Below are positions 1-12,605 of a DNA stretch of 64,000 bases, one piece after another. The stretch lies in assembly GCA_013265495.1 (NCBI GenBank), contig MU058059.1, positions 2,269,502 to 2,333,501 on the forward strand. The letters run 5' to 3'. Position numbers and translations under genes: made by a program. Every line of letters begins with the position of its first letter. Position 1 is the stretch's first letter. The stretch comes from Vicugna vicugna (lineage: Eukaryota). The notes under the pieces were generated by a model, which saw only the letters and a program-made list of their open reading frames with translations, was not told the origin of the DNA and ran no database searches.

Positions 1-1073
1 CAGTGGCCTGTTGAGTTTCTGCGAAGCCGGTGGGTTCACAATGAAGCATTGATCCCTGGCCGCCACAGCCAGCCTGGGCTCAGGCCAGACGCACTTCCAG
101 GGGGTGTTTGGGTCTGTCCCGTGGGCTTCTGTTTGTAGTTAAGTCAGTTGGGGGCTTGCTTCCCCTCAGGCCCACCCTTATAACGTGGTGATCAGCTGCC
201 GTAGAGATTTTGATGCCGACATAATCCTCTATGAAACCATCACTTTGCATCATGTGGGCGGGCTATTTCCTCACTCCAGAAATGGTGTTTGGTGGATGCA
301 TTGATCCAAGTGGTTACTGTGAACTGAGCCTGACCTATTTCCTCCTTTATTGAAGATTTACTAGAATTGTCTCTCTCTCTCTGGGGGAATGGAAAACGAT
401 CCAGGTTGCGAAAGCATTGTTCCAATTCTTTTCATGCTGAGCAAGTCTCCCTGCTAAATTTGGGACTTCAGGAGACATATTTAGGATCCAGAGGGTTAAG
501 AGTGAGACACGGTGGCTGCCTGGCCACGTGCCAGATGCCAGGAGGTGAGACTGGAGGTTCCCGACAGGGTCTGGACATAGCGGCTGCCCTGTGAACAAAA
601 AACAGACGCCAACTTGATTTGCACGGGGTGTGTGTTAAAATCTAGAAAACTAGGCGATCTCTGGTGTGGGAAATCCCAGCTTGAGTGACAGCACCTGGAA
701 ATACTCATTTCCATTCAAATGAGTCTGAAGTTGGCCCTGCAGGGGCTGCAGGGGAACATTGGCAACTGGGGTTTGTTTCGGGAATGTTAAGTGTTGATGG
801 TGATGCCAAATGTAGGACTGGTGAAGGAATGTATGTGCCTGGGAGGAGGGAATGAAAGGATTTCTGAGTTTTATTTTGCCATCACCATCCTGTGAGATGC
901 GTGGTCCAGCAGTAGCTGGAAGCAAGGAGAGAGATGACAGAGGGCTCTCTGGAAAGATGCCTGGGAGGCGTCCTGGTGCCACATTCATTTCCACGGGAAT
1001 AGGGGCACAAGTGTAGCAGCCAGCCAAGGTTTCTGACACTGTGGTTGGAAGAGAAATAATTCTTCTAATCTAG

Positions 1074-1728
1074 TTTTTTTTAAATTGAAGTATAGTTGGG
1101 GAGGATATAGAAACTTAATTACCTCCCCTCAAAAAAAATTAAAAATATAAAATAAATGAAGTAGAGTAGTTTACAAGGTTGTGTCAATTTCTGGTGTACA
1201 ACACAGTGCTTCAGTCCTACATGAACATACATGTATTTGTTTTCATATTCTTTTTCATTGTAGGTTACTACAAGATATTGACTATAGTTCCCTATGCTAC
1301 ATAGTAAAACTTGTTGTTTATCTGTTTTAAGTATAGTAGCTGGTATCTGCAAGTCCCAGACTCCCAGTTTATCCTTTCCCGCCCTTTTTCTCCCTTCACC
1401 ATAAGTTTGTTTTCTATGTCTGTGAGTCTATTTCTGTTTTGTAAATAAGACCATTTGTGTCATTTTTTTAGATTCCACATACAAGTGGTATCATATGGTA
1501 TTTGTCTTTCCCTGTCTGGCTTACTTCATTTAATATGATAATCTCCAGTTTCATCCATGTTGCTGCAAATGGCATTATTTTATTATTTTTTATGGCTGAG
1601 TAGTATTCCATTGTATATATAGACCACAACATCTTTATCTAGTCATCTGTCGATGGGCATTTTGGTCATTTCCATATCATGGCTATTGTAAATAGTGCTG
1701 CTGTGAACATTGGGGGGCATATGTCTTC
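1074..1728 (-). mobile_element. LINE-1 3' end (3' UTR plus end of ORF2), young cetartiodactyl/camelid type, 5'-truncated
   Basis: Poly-T start, then ttgaagtatagt...tgtgtcaatttctggtgtac...ttttttagattccacata...catccatgttgctgcaaatggcattattt...gagtagtattccattgtatatat, the reverse complement of the canonical L1 3' end. Homologous to the copies at 6051 and 9932. Confidence 0.92.
1098..1153 (+). mobile_element. Internally deleted tRNA-derived SINE (Vic-1-like) inserted in the L1 tail
   Basis: ggggaggatatag (SINE 5' end) is joined directly to aaacttaattacctcccctc plus an A-rich tail (SINE 3' end; compare the full copy at 53627). Flanked by aaattgaagtatagt (1082-1096) and aaatgaagtagagt (1154-1167). 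Confidence 0.7.
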
Positions 1729-4149
1729 AAATTTCTTCTAGTTTAGGATGGAATGATAAAAATTCTAATACGCTCTTATTTTTCAGTAGTGTTACACAGT
1801 AATTTTCAATCTAAAATTGCATTAAAGCTGTCTTACGCTGCCCCCACCCCCCTGCCAAATAGAGTTTTGGCTTTTCTCTTTTGGTGTTGACACTTTGGTA
1901 ACCTTTGTAATATGGAGAAAAACTTCCACTGTGTTACAGATGATTTTGTAATATGACCAACTATGTCAGTTTTACCCACTAGAATCTTAATAAATATTGT
2001 GCAGCACAAAGAGTGTGCTTATATAAAACTTTAATGGTAAAGTCTTAGAAAGTAGCCATATTAATCATCATTTATCATCTTTTTTTTTAAGAAATATCAG
2101 CAAAAATGACTCCCTTCCCCCTTTTCTTTGGTAGCCAGCCTCTCAGCAGAAACGTTTTAGGAAAGAAAAATATTCTTGTCCACAGCACTTGGACTTTTTT
2201 TTCCCCATCAGAGGTATAAGGAAGGCAAGCTGAAAATCAGCTTGTCTTTTCAAGACCTGGCAGGGGACGCAGCCAAGTCTTTTTGGTTATTTAAGGATTA
2301 GTTCCTTGGTTTCTCTGCCGAGCTGACTTACCCAGAGTGATTGAGGTTTAGCAGGCTCAGCGTCTTCTGATGCGGCCTCTCCGGACAACTTCTGTTCTCT
2401 TTAGGTTGTGAGGCGTGTGCTGGGAGTTCGGGGAGGGCATGCTGTGTTGCCAGCCCCGCCTTCCCGGGCCACCTCCCCGAGGCCTGTTTGGGCACAGACT
2501 GAGAGGTGGTATGGGGGGAGGAGGTGTGGGAGGGAGTCTGGTTCTCACCTTGGGATTTTGCAGGACAGAAGCCTTTGCAGAACAGAAGAGACAAGCGAGG
2601 CTGCAGTTGGAACCAGGGGAGTGTTTCTGGGGGTGAGCAGGGCTGGAAAGTGGGGAGGCAGGATGTCCTTCAGAGCCGCCCTCAGAGCAGGCATTGCCTT
2701 TGGACGGATCAGAGTCAGGGGGTGGCCTTCACCCCCTCCCCGGACTAATGGGGAGGGTTGCTGCTTGCTGCCTGCTACCTGCTCTTGGTACCTACTCGGC
2801 CTGGCTGCCGCCTGCTACCTGCTCTTTCTCTGGACTAAAGACCTGCACCATCCTTCAAACTCCCAAGGAAGTAGGGGCCGCCTAGAGCATTGGGGAGAGG
2901 ACTCCTATGGCTAGTGGTGTTGAGGCTGGGTAATCAAGCAGCCACTGCCCCTGACTTCCTGGGCACAGGTGACGTAGGGGCCTTTCTGGTCAGCACAGCT
3001 CCGGGGAGAAGATGCACTCTGGCCACGGGGGCTTCTGGGTCCGTATCCCTCTTTCCTTGAAAGATGCAGATGAGCCATAGGCTCTGATGCTTGATGGGTG
3101 AGGGCCAGGTGGGGAGAGGGCAGGGGAACCCTGCTTCTCATTCTCCACCAGCTGGAAACCAGATGTGCAAGTGGGGAGTATCTGATCATAGGATCTGCTT
3201 CCGATGTGGGCATAGAATGTAAAAACGTTTCTCTCCCCATGGCAGAGTTTGAACTGTTGAATCTCCCCAAGGATGGTGATTCCTAGGCGTGCAGCAGGCA
3301 CACAGTCATGCATACTGTGTGCCAGTGGGGTGTGCCGGTGCTTCACGGGACCTGCCCTTTGGAGGTGGGCAGGGTAGTTCTGTGTTATTTGGTGAGCTCC
3401 TATAGGCTTGGAGCAGTTGAAGGCTCTCTGGGCTCCCCTGCCCTCAGTTACCGTCCTAGTTTCAAAGCCTTTCTCCAGACACAGAGCCTGGCTCTGGTTG
3501 AGTGTGTCACGTGTTACCTGTAGTCTGTTCTCTGGGTGGTGGGCCAGGCTCCCTTGTCAGTTTCAGGTCTCTGGATTCAGATGCAGGTTTTTCTGATGTT
3601 CTTGGCCTTGGTTCTTCTGCACACTCCCTGCACCCCGTTTGGATGGAAACTGTGCTGCTGAGGCCCCCTGACCCACCAGCTCATCCAGTGACTCCCTGAG
3701 TTCTACTTCTGTGCCGTCATTGACTTTCCTTTCTGCTGCCTCCATCTTGCCTTGGGGGCTCCTAACCCATACCTGGAGTCTCCCATTCAAACCTCACAAG
3801 TGTCTGAGGGCAGGTGGAGCCAGGTGTGTGCCAGGCCCCGGGTGCAGCGCAGTACAGGTAGGTGCTCCCTCGTCAGGTGTTCACACCAGCTGCTGAGGGG
3901 AGATGCTGCTGGTATCTCCGCGGTAGTAATGCTGAGCTGCAAGGAATGGAGATGTCTGTGTGCTTTCACTACGGAAAGTCTCGCGGCGCCAGCAGATGCT
4001 TTGCTGCTGCATGTGGGAAAGCCCTTAGAAATTAACTCTGGCCAGAGGGGGTGGTGTGCTCCAGTGCACCCAGTGGTCTCCCCTGCCTGCAGCTCCCACC
4101 CAAGAGAGGCAGCCTAGAGAAGAGTTGAGACCCGAGTCCACATCCCAGA

Positions 4150-4216
4150 GCTTGACTTCTGCCCCTAAGCCTTGTTGTGTGACCTTGGGCAAGTTACTCA
4201 ACCTCTCTGTGCCTCC
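4150..4216 (+). mobile_element. MIR SINE core fragment
   Basis: tgtgtgaccttgggcaagttactcaacctctctgtgcctc matches the MIR core. Confidence 0.85.
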
Positions 4217-5942
4217 TTATTAGAGATACTGGTTAAATAAATCTAGCATTTTGAGTATAATTTCTAAAAGCCTCCTACCAGAAAAGGAGTAAAGATCTCT
4301 TTTGCCTGTGCCAGGCTGACTGGTAGAGGACAGAGTTGCAGGGCCTTCTCTCTGGAAGGCTCTTGGCTGTTAAGTTTCAAGTTGCTGACAGCCTGCCGAA
4401 TGCTAAGATGTCACTTTCCAAAAATAAGACTCCTGGATACCATAGGTAAGCTGCCCATTCCTGGCTCTGCTGGCCTCGGAGAGCTGATGATCCTCTCTAC
4501 GTATGTCACGGTCCTGGTGGATCCTTCGGCCCCTGCCCCTCACCCCCAAAACGTGATTTTCTTCCGCCCTGCCTCTGATACTTAATCCCGAGTGGCATGG
4601 GGGTGGGGGTGAGGGAGCAGCTCAGTAACTGGCTTGTTACCGTCCTAGCCTTACCAGCTGCCCATGTGCTGGCCTTTTAGGGACACGGGGTTCTCTTCCA
4701 CTGCAGGCTCTTTCTCCCACCTGTTACAGTGGTGAATGAAACCGCCAAGCCTTCCATTCCCTAGTTAGACAAGAGGCCATACAGGCCCGTGCCCCCGGGA
4801 GAGGCATCCCATCCGCTGATGCTCAGTCAGAGGAATGAGAATCTCCTGTACTTCTGCATGGGCTTTTTGGGAGATTAAAATACATCTATATAGGATAGAG
4901 GTACCATGAGAATATTGAGATGCAATGGAAAAGGGAGGCCAGGAGTGTCTGGCGTGACGAAGGATCCTTTTTCGTGATTCAGGTTTTATTTCAGGCTGGC
5001 CAACTTCTGCACACTCCTGATATCACACCAATTTAAATATCGCTTCTCCAAGATAAGAAAGGTTTCCACTAATTCTTTACATTCCATTTTTATGGAAAAT
5101 CTCAGCATTCCAGGGGAAAGACATTCCTGTTGATCTGTGAGATCACGTGAAGAAAGCACTATATCGGTTATCTGGTTTTTTCCTTTTCCCCTTGAAGCTC
5201 CATGTTGATCTCAGGAATTAATATCTAAGCTTTCTAGGTCCCTGAACTGAGAATGGGAAGGACCTGGCTCTTGCCGTCCCTGAGAAGGTAGCTGCAGTTG
5301 GTGATCTGTGGACTCCAGATTTCCTCCGGATTTTTCATGTAACCCCTTGAGCCTTGGGGTAGAGGCACTAAATTTTCCATGTAAGGCTGTTTCTGTCCTT
5401 GGGTCCCATGCCTGAGCCATGTGGGTTTGGGGATGAACTGGAGCACAAAAATTGCAGAAGTTTTGGCAGCTCTGAAACAGCTTAGAGAACTTGGAGAGGA
5501 ACTCTTCTGGGAACCGGGTGGGACATGGGTGTGAGGCAGTCTGGTTGAAGAGTAGCCTCTCCCAGTTAGAACGGATGTAAGGTAAGGAGAGAGCAACTCC
5601 AGAACCATCTGGAAAACCCTGGAAGTGCAGGCTAGTCCCTGGGGGCCCCAGAAGGCCAGCGGATCAGAGGCGATGGAGGCGGACATCAAGGTTAGCTATC
5701 TGGGAAGCTCTTCAGAATCCCTGTTTACGCCCCCAGGGTCCGTTTGTGCTATTATTAAATGACTGTACATACTTGTTCTGCCTTTGTTTTAAAACTAAAA
5801 ATATTTCTTTAGTCCTTAGAGTTCCTGAGATTTTTCTCTCCAGCCCTCTTTTCTTTCTTCTGAAATTTTGGTCTTCTGACATCATAGTGAATTTTGACCT
5901 CATGATCTGTTTTTTGCCTTACTGTAAAGGATTGGAGTTTCC

Positions 5943-6030
5943 TTTTTTTTTTTTAATGGAGGTATTGGAAATTGAACCCAGGACCTCCTGCTTGTTAGGC
6001 ACACACTCTACCACTGAGCTATACTCTCCC
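5943..6030 (-). mobile_element. tRNA-derived SINE (camelid Vic-1-like)
   Basis: The reverse complement reads ggggagagtatagctcagtggtagagtgtgtgcctaacaagcaggaggtcctgggttcaatttccaatacctccatt plus a poly-A tail. Pol III A box (TAGCTCAGTGG) and B box (GGTTCAA) are present. Confidence 0.9.
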
Positions 6031-6050
6031 CAAATTTCCATTAAAAAATA

Positions 6051-6479
6051 ATTTTTTAAAATTGAAGTATTGTTGATTTACAATATCATGTTAGTTTCTA
6101 GTGTACAGCATACTGATTCAGTTATACATATATATATATGAATATATATATATTCTTTTCCAGATTCTTTTCCATTATAGGTTATTACAAGCTACCAAAT
6201 ATACTTTACTGTGTTGTACAGTAGGACCTTGTTGTTTATCTATTTTATAAATAGTAATTAGTATCTGCAAATCCCAAACTCCTAATTTATCCCCCCGACT
6301 TACCCCATGAGTTTGTTTTCTATGTCTGTGAGTCTGTTGTTTTATAAGTAAGTTCATTTGTGTTATTTTTTTAGATTCCACATATAAGTGATATGATGCG
6401 GTATTTGTCTTTCTCTGTCTGACTTATTTCACTTAGTATGAAAATCTCTAGGTCCATCCATGTTGCTGCAAATGGCAAT
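6051..6479 (-). mobile_element. LINE-1 3' end, young type, 5'-truncated
   Basis: ttgaagtattgttgatttacaat...gtaggaccttgttgtttatc...tttttagattccacatataagtgata...ggtccatccatgttgctgcaaatggc. Confidence 0.92.
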
Positions 6480-6489
6480 TTAATTAACT

Positions 6490-6730
6490 TTGTATCCATG
6501 TATAGTTGACATATTTAGTTTCAGGTGTGTAACAAAGCAATTTGACATTTATGTACAGTTCGAATTGATTGCTGCGATAAGTCTAGTAACCATGTCCCCA
6601 TATAGAGTTATTATGATGTTACTGACTGTATTCCCTCCATGCTGTACATTTCACCCCTGTGACCTATTTATTTTACAGCTGGAAGTTTGTACCTCTTAAT
6701 CCCCTTCACCTGTTTCGACTAACTCCCCCA
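6490..6730 (-). mobile_element. Older LINE-1 3' end (L1MA9-like lineage)
   Basis: tatagttgacata...tagtttcaggtgt...ataagtctagtaacc...atgctgtacatttcacccctgtgacctatttattttacagctggaagtttgtacctctt. Confidence 0.75.
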
Positions 6731-9700
6731 AGTGATGGGGGATTCTTGACTGTGAGACTGAATTCTCAGTTCATTGAGAAGCCGGGATCTGCACAGGGGC
6801 AGGTGCACAGGTAGGTCCTGGGGTGAGGCATTGGCTTGGGGATAAGCCTAGGTGTTCTTCTGCCATTGGCTGCCTGTCACCTCCCCTGCAGAGACTTGGA
6901 ATTCCCTCACACAGAATGAGATCATGGAATAGCAGTGCATTCCCCAAACTGCTGCTCCACTTTCCAACAGCAGGGGAGCCTTGTCTTCCAACAGGATTAC
7001 ATGGAACCTCAGTGTAGACAGTGTCTACAACTGGAGCTGATAATTACTCCACTTCACCTCTCCCTTAGTTTCTATGGCACCTCCCCCAGGTGCCACCTCC
7101 AATTGAGGGAAAAACACACTTTTTGATCTACTGAAATGAGAGCCTCCCCCAAAACCTGAGCCTATGTGCCTTGTCTCTTCCAAGAAACTGAAGCTCCCCT
7201 GAGAGCTGGGGCCGTGTTACCCAAGCAGTTGTTGATCAGGATGTACGTGCTTGGTTGATTTCAGTGCAACAGAGGGGTGATCCTGTTTGATTAATCTCCT
7301 GAGATCAGCAGACCACTACTGTCAACTCCAGTAGGGCTAGCTCCTTTTCTCACTAGAACCAGCTACATAAACTGCAGTGTTGCTTCGATGGAGAAGACAG
7401 TTGGATGGGAATCTGAATTTTTCCTGGTGACACTGACAGCTTTATTTGGGCCACTAGATAGTTAACCAGAGACGAGAAGACAGCACATGGACACCTCAGT
7501 GGGAGATTGATGCACTTGGCTCATTGAGGCTGTAAGTTTTGCGGATGGGGAACATATCACTGTGGAGAAAAGCCTCCACTCTCTGCAGGATAGTTTAGAG
7601 CAAGAAGCAGAACCAGAGAACATGTGTTAAATAGAATCCAAATCAGACCTACCAATTGTGCAAATGATTTAGGGGTCATTATGGAAATTTACCGAAACCA
7701 CCAACTCAGCATAAACAGGAAATGAAGCTGGTGTTGCCATAGTGATCAAGTAGACACAGGGCGGTGAGTCTGTGGTGTATATAATGCAGTGGCCAGTGTT
7801 CATTGGGAGCGCTGGCTTCAGAAACAGAGGAAGATGCTGCAGTTCTGATTTGTGCGATTAAAGATCATTTTGAAGCTGGGGAACTGAAGGAATATTAAAA
7901 AGAGCCTGGGAATGTTTTTGTTTGAGGTGATGAGAGCTCCTGTGCTTAGAGGTTGGGAGCAAATAATAAGTGATCCTGAAAGGAACAAATCAGCATATTG
8001 TCACTCTACAGGGATGTCCTCTTTAGAAAAAATTAGATCACTTATAGGCAGTTGATCCTGTTAATAGTCTGAATTTTATCTGCTCCAACCAAATCATTTG
8101 GATGAATTTCTCTTGCCTGCCTAATATGCAACGCTGGTTCAGTACTCCTCTCATTTTTCATAAAGGAATTGTCAGCTGCTATTGACAAGCAGATAATGAG
8201 TTTGACACCAGGTCCATATTGCCATCAGTCTTTAGCACAGACGTGTGTTTATCCTGTGATGTGGCTTCTTAAAGAGTTGTCTTGTCCTCTGGGGAACATA
8301 TAAATAAATTCCACTTTAACCACTATTTTTGGACGATTCATCAGATTTTTAAGAGGGATGATTAGTCTTTAAGTGCTTCCACGTCAGGATGAGACTGGAG
8401 TTGAGAATTTAACTATGGCCCTACCTGCCCCTCCCCTCGCCAACACAGACCGTGTTATAATAGTATTCAACAAGTGGCTGCTGCTTCTGTTTCCAAATTA
8501 TAGGTTGATTTTAACATTGAGAATTTTAAGGAAGGTTCTCTTCCAAATCCCTGGTTGCTTAATGCTGATAATTTTTCAATTTGGGGAGCTGATTTGATTT
8601 TGCTGAAGAAAAAACCTCCTCATTTAAATACACTTTTTTAAAATTATAATTTTAAGGCAACAATAGAGAACATTTGGGAAATCTAAGGGGAAAAAAATCA
8701 GTCACAATCTTACCACTAATGAAATAAGTTTGTAAGTTTCCATTCTGGGTTTTTAGGAATGTGATTTCTTTCATATTCTCTGCCCTGCCAGTTTGTTTTT
8801 AGTGTACCCATAAAACATTTAGCATCTGGATGTCAGGTGCACAGATGACTCTGGTCCTGTGGGTTATCTGTGACTCTCCCTTCACACGTGGCATAGGGGT
8901 GACTCGTGGGGTTTAGGGTCAGGAACTGGTCTAGGAGGATAGAGGCCTGAACCTTCCTCTAACGTCCACCAGGGAGGGTGTTAAAAACTTAGTCACCAGG
9001 GGTAGTTGGCCCTCATCCAGGACATTGTCACTCTGTGTGGCAGAAGATCCAAAAGCTGGTACATCCTGAAATTTCTGATCACATAAAGTCATCTTGGCTT
9101 GTAAGATTTCTCCTTGTATGTCTGAACAGTTACCTGAGTATTGATTGATATTTGCTGTACGTATGTTTTCTGTGCACACCTTGAAGCTGCAAAACCTAAT
9201 TGGCCTAGCTAGGCCCCATCATCAAACCAAGCAGCCACATAAAATTTGATTTTTTCTAGAAAAGGTCTGGCTTCACTTTTGAAATCATATCCATGTCTTA
9301 ATAGGTGCATTTGGCGGCCTCTCACATCTGAATTCTCACTCTGAAATAGAAAGGGAGGCACATGAGACTCTGCTGGGGTCTCCCACCCCCTGTATCTCTT
9401 TCCGAAGTTATCTTTCCTTTGCACTCAGTGACTTTTCACAGAAAGCACGGGGTGGGAATGAGTGGACAGGCACCACTGTAAGATTAGGGGGCATGAGGAG
9501 GTTTTGGACAGGGGCTGGACAAGCCGTGGAGGAGGTACAAACCAGTGCAGGGTTGGGGTGGGGGACGGAACACTGAGATCAGGCAGATGTGTCCCCCAGA
9601 GGGCCAGCCAAGGAAGGACACACCTGAAACGTGCCCTTGTCCACCTCAGTTACTTTCTGGAAAGGCTTTGACTGTCCCTCCCGCAAAGTACAGGGGCCTC

Positions 9701-9931
9701 TCTTTGGAAGATCTCTGTGCTTCCCTGATTTAAAAACAAACAAACAAAACCAACCAACAAACAAAACCCTCCATCTGTTGATGAATTGGGGAACAGGAAG
9801 TAGTTTGAGATGACCTTGTCTTCTTAGAATCAACCTTTGTTTTTAAAGTCTCATCCCTTTATTTTGATGAGCCTTATAAAGTGCAGCCCAGTGAAGACGT
9901 GCCACTAGATGTACCAGAAAACGCTCTGTCT

Positions 9932-10530
9932 CATAGCAGCACTATTTACAGTAGCCAAGACATGGAAATAACCTAAATGTCCATTGACAGATAACTGGGT
10001 AAAGAAGTTGTGGTATGTTTATACAATGGAATACTACTCAACCATAAAAAAGAATAAAATAATGCCATTTGGTGCAACATGGATGGATCTGGGGATTGTC
10101 ATTCTAAGTGAAGCAAGCCAGAAAGAAAAATACCATATGATATCAGTCATATGTAGAATCTAAAAAAAAGGAAAAGGAAGACACTAATGAACTTAACCAT
10201 AAAACAGAAACAGACTGACAGACATAGTAAACAAACTTACGGTTACCCGGGGGAAAAGGGGTGGGAAGGGATAAACTGGGAGTTCGAGATTTGAAGATAC
10301 AAGCTACTATATATAAAACAGATAAACAAGTTTCTTCTGTGTAGCACGGGGAACTGTATTCAATATCCTGCAGTAACGTATAATGAAAAAGAATATGAAA
10401 ACGAATATATGTATGTATATGTATGATTGAAACATTATGCTATATACCAGAAATTGATGTAACATTGCAAATTGGTGATACTTTAAAAAAAAATCAAACA
10501 TCACTGCCAAAATTTAAAAAAAAAAAAAGG
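9932..10530 (+). mobile_element. LINE-1 3' end with target-site duplication, 5'-truncated
   Basis: catagcagcactatttacagtagccaagacatggaa...aatggaatactactca...aaaacagaaacagact...poly-A. TSD agaaaacgctctgtct (9916-9931) and agaaaaggctttgtct (10531-10546), 14/16 identical. Confidence 0.95.
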
Positions 10531-12186
10531 AGAAAAGGCTTTGTCTTTAAGAAGCTTCTCTTCAATTCACTTACTTCCTTAATAGGACCAGTTGAAGCCC
10601 ACCATCACCAGCACCACCAGCACAACCAGGGTAGAGAGAAGATGTAATGGTCCCTTGGTGGTTTCACGGCAGGTGTTCTGAGGGGGGACATCTGTGGTTT
10701 GTGGTTTCAGGAGGGACAGCTGGATTTCATGGGGGAAGGTGGGAAGGGAGCGGCTTGTGCTCAGGGCGGGAGCAGGGACTGCGGAGTTTCCTGTGGTGTA
10801 TCCATCTGTGGAATGGGCGTGTTTCTCATGTCCCGTTGGGTAGAGTAGGTTGAGAACAGAGTTGGCTGTTGTTTGAAACATGAGCCCAAACAGAGCTACA
10901 CAGGTTTCTTCATTGAAGAGGGAAATTGGGACAGTTTGGGGAATATCCTAGGTGGACTCAGCCCTGGAGCCTCTTGCGTGGCTGGTGACCTTTGGGACAC
11001 GCTCAGGAATGTTCTGGATGACAAAGTACTGGGTGCCTGCTGCTGGCTGGGCTGGTGGGCACCTGTGCTGAGGGCGTGGGGGTGTGGAATGTGCCCTGGG
11101 GACCTTTCTAAAGTCCCATCAGTGCTTTGATGAAACCGGGTTGGACCCGGCCCAGAGGTCACGTCAGTACTTGCTTCTTGCCACTCAGAGAAGGTGAGCC
11201 TTGGTGGCAGTGATGTCTCCTCCTGACCCCAGGAGCCATTGTGCCACATCAGAGGTGGCTGCAGAGGCGTAGAAGGTCTTCACCTGGGTCAGAGATCTGG
11301 GGTCTGGGCAGCAGGAGCAGGAGGGAGGGCTGCCCATTCTCCCTCCCCTCCTTCCTGGTGCTCGGGTGAACCCTTCCTCCCTTCTGGTAAGAGGACTCCT
11401 TTAGAGATGCTGCCTGGGTTTCAGACATGCAGAGGAAGGCCCTGCTGCAGACATCAGATTTCTGGAGACTTGACCCAGACCCACAAAGCCTTGGGGATTG
11501 TTTGCTGATTTCTTTTGGTGTAGGTTCTGGGGCTCGGAAGGGCTGTGTGTCCGGCAGAGCTTTGGTCTGCTCTCTGGGTACCAGCACGGCAGGGATGAGC
11601 AGCAGCTCCAGTGCCTCCCTTCCTCTTTGGCCCGTCCTCCTTCCTCCAGTCCTGGGCTGCCTGCCCAGAGGGGCGCCTCTAGAGCCCCAGCCAGTGGGCT
11701 TGTCCCCAGTCTCCTCCCATTTCCCTTCCTGCCCTTTTCCCGGGAGGGAGTTGCCCATGCTTCCTGGGCCAGGATTGACTGGAGGCCTCTGCAGACCCGC
11801 CCCTCCGCTCTCACATGGCCACAAGGACCCCAGCGTCTCTTCCTGGTCTGGCCTGCTTTCCTGGCCGATGTCCTGGATGTGGTTTCTTGATATTTCCACG
11901 TCTGAGAGGCTGTGCTAGACCCTGGATGGTCACCATCAGCACCTCTTTGATCAGAAGTGCAGAGAGGGAGGTTCCGTATTTACACAAAAATCAAAAGGGA
12001 ATTTAAAATATCATATTTGAGTAGATGCCTTGAAAGTGGAGTTTACAGCTGGAAGGGGCCTCTGGCATGTTTGGAAGCCCCCCAGCCATGTCAGTGGATG
12101 CGTGGGGATCTCGGTTCTGACGGCAGGGTCTTTTAAGGCAATTTTATAGTTTTAAGGTGAATTTGGAAAGGAAAAGTTGGGAACTT

Positions 12187-12280
12187 TTTTTTTTCCTTTT
12201 AAGTGGAGGGACTGGGGATTGAACCCAGGACCTCGTGCATGCTAAGCACACACACTACTACTGAGCTATACCCTCCTCTC
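12187..12280 (-). mobile_element. tRNA-derived SINE (Vic-1-like) with TSD
   Basis: Poly-T, then gactggggattgaacccaggacctcgtgcatgctaagcacacacactactactgagctataccctcc. TSD aaagttgggaactt (12173-12186) and aaagttgggagctt (12283-12296). Confidence 0.93.
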
Positions 12281-12359
12281 AGAAAGTTGGGAGCTTGAAG
12301 CAAAGGGACAGACATTTTTATTCGTAGGTTGAATAATCAAAGTCCTCCTCAAGTTTAAA

Positions 12360-12605
12360 GTCCTTGCTTAAATATCACCTCCTCTCTGAAGCCTCCCCAG
12401 ATTCTCCCTGAGTGGCACTGTTACCCATATACCGCCCTGCTGATGATTCTCTGGCGTCCAGAATGTATGTCTGTTACACGTTGCAGACCTCACTGTTGTG
12501 TGAGGGACTTTCTCCTCTGCTAAGCTGTAAGCTCTTGGAAGGCGTAACTTCCTATTTTCCATTCTGTTTTCCTGGTGCAACAATACATACTCAATAAAGA
12601 TCTAT
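12360..12605 (+). mobile_element. L2 3' fragment
   Basis: gcttaaatatcacctcctctctgaagcctcccc...ctgtaagctcttggaaggc...ctcaataaa resembles the L2 3' end. Confidence 0.65.

Noticed and set aside
170..304. Acceptor-like cccctcag followed by a 44-codon open frame
   Set aside because: It ends in a stop with no good donor or poly-A signal, and has no recognisable homology.
2324..2410. Strong minus-strand donor (acttaccc) near a plus-strand acceptor (tctgttctctttag)
   Set aside because: Isolated splice-like sites with no convincing partner; expected by chance.
10599..10628. CAC/CAG-rich run encoding HHHQHHQH
   Set aside because: A short imperfect trinucleotide repeat in an ORF that starts inside an L1 tail; not coding evidence.
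11249..11918. Stack of overlapping 130-216 aa ORFs on both strands
   Set aside because: Several frames on both strands are open at once, which reflects stop-codon depletion in GC-rich sequence; no homology recognised.
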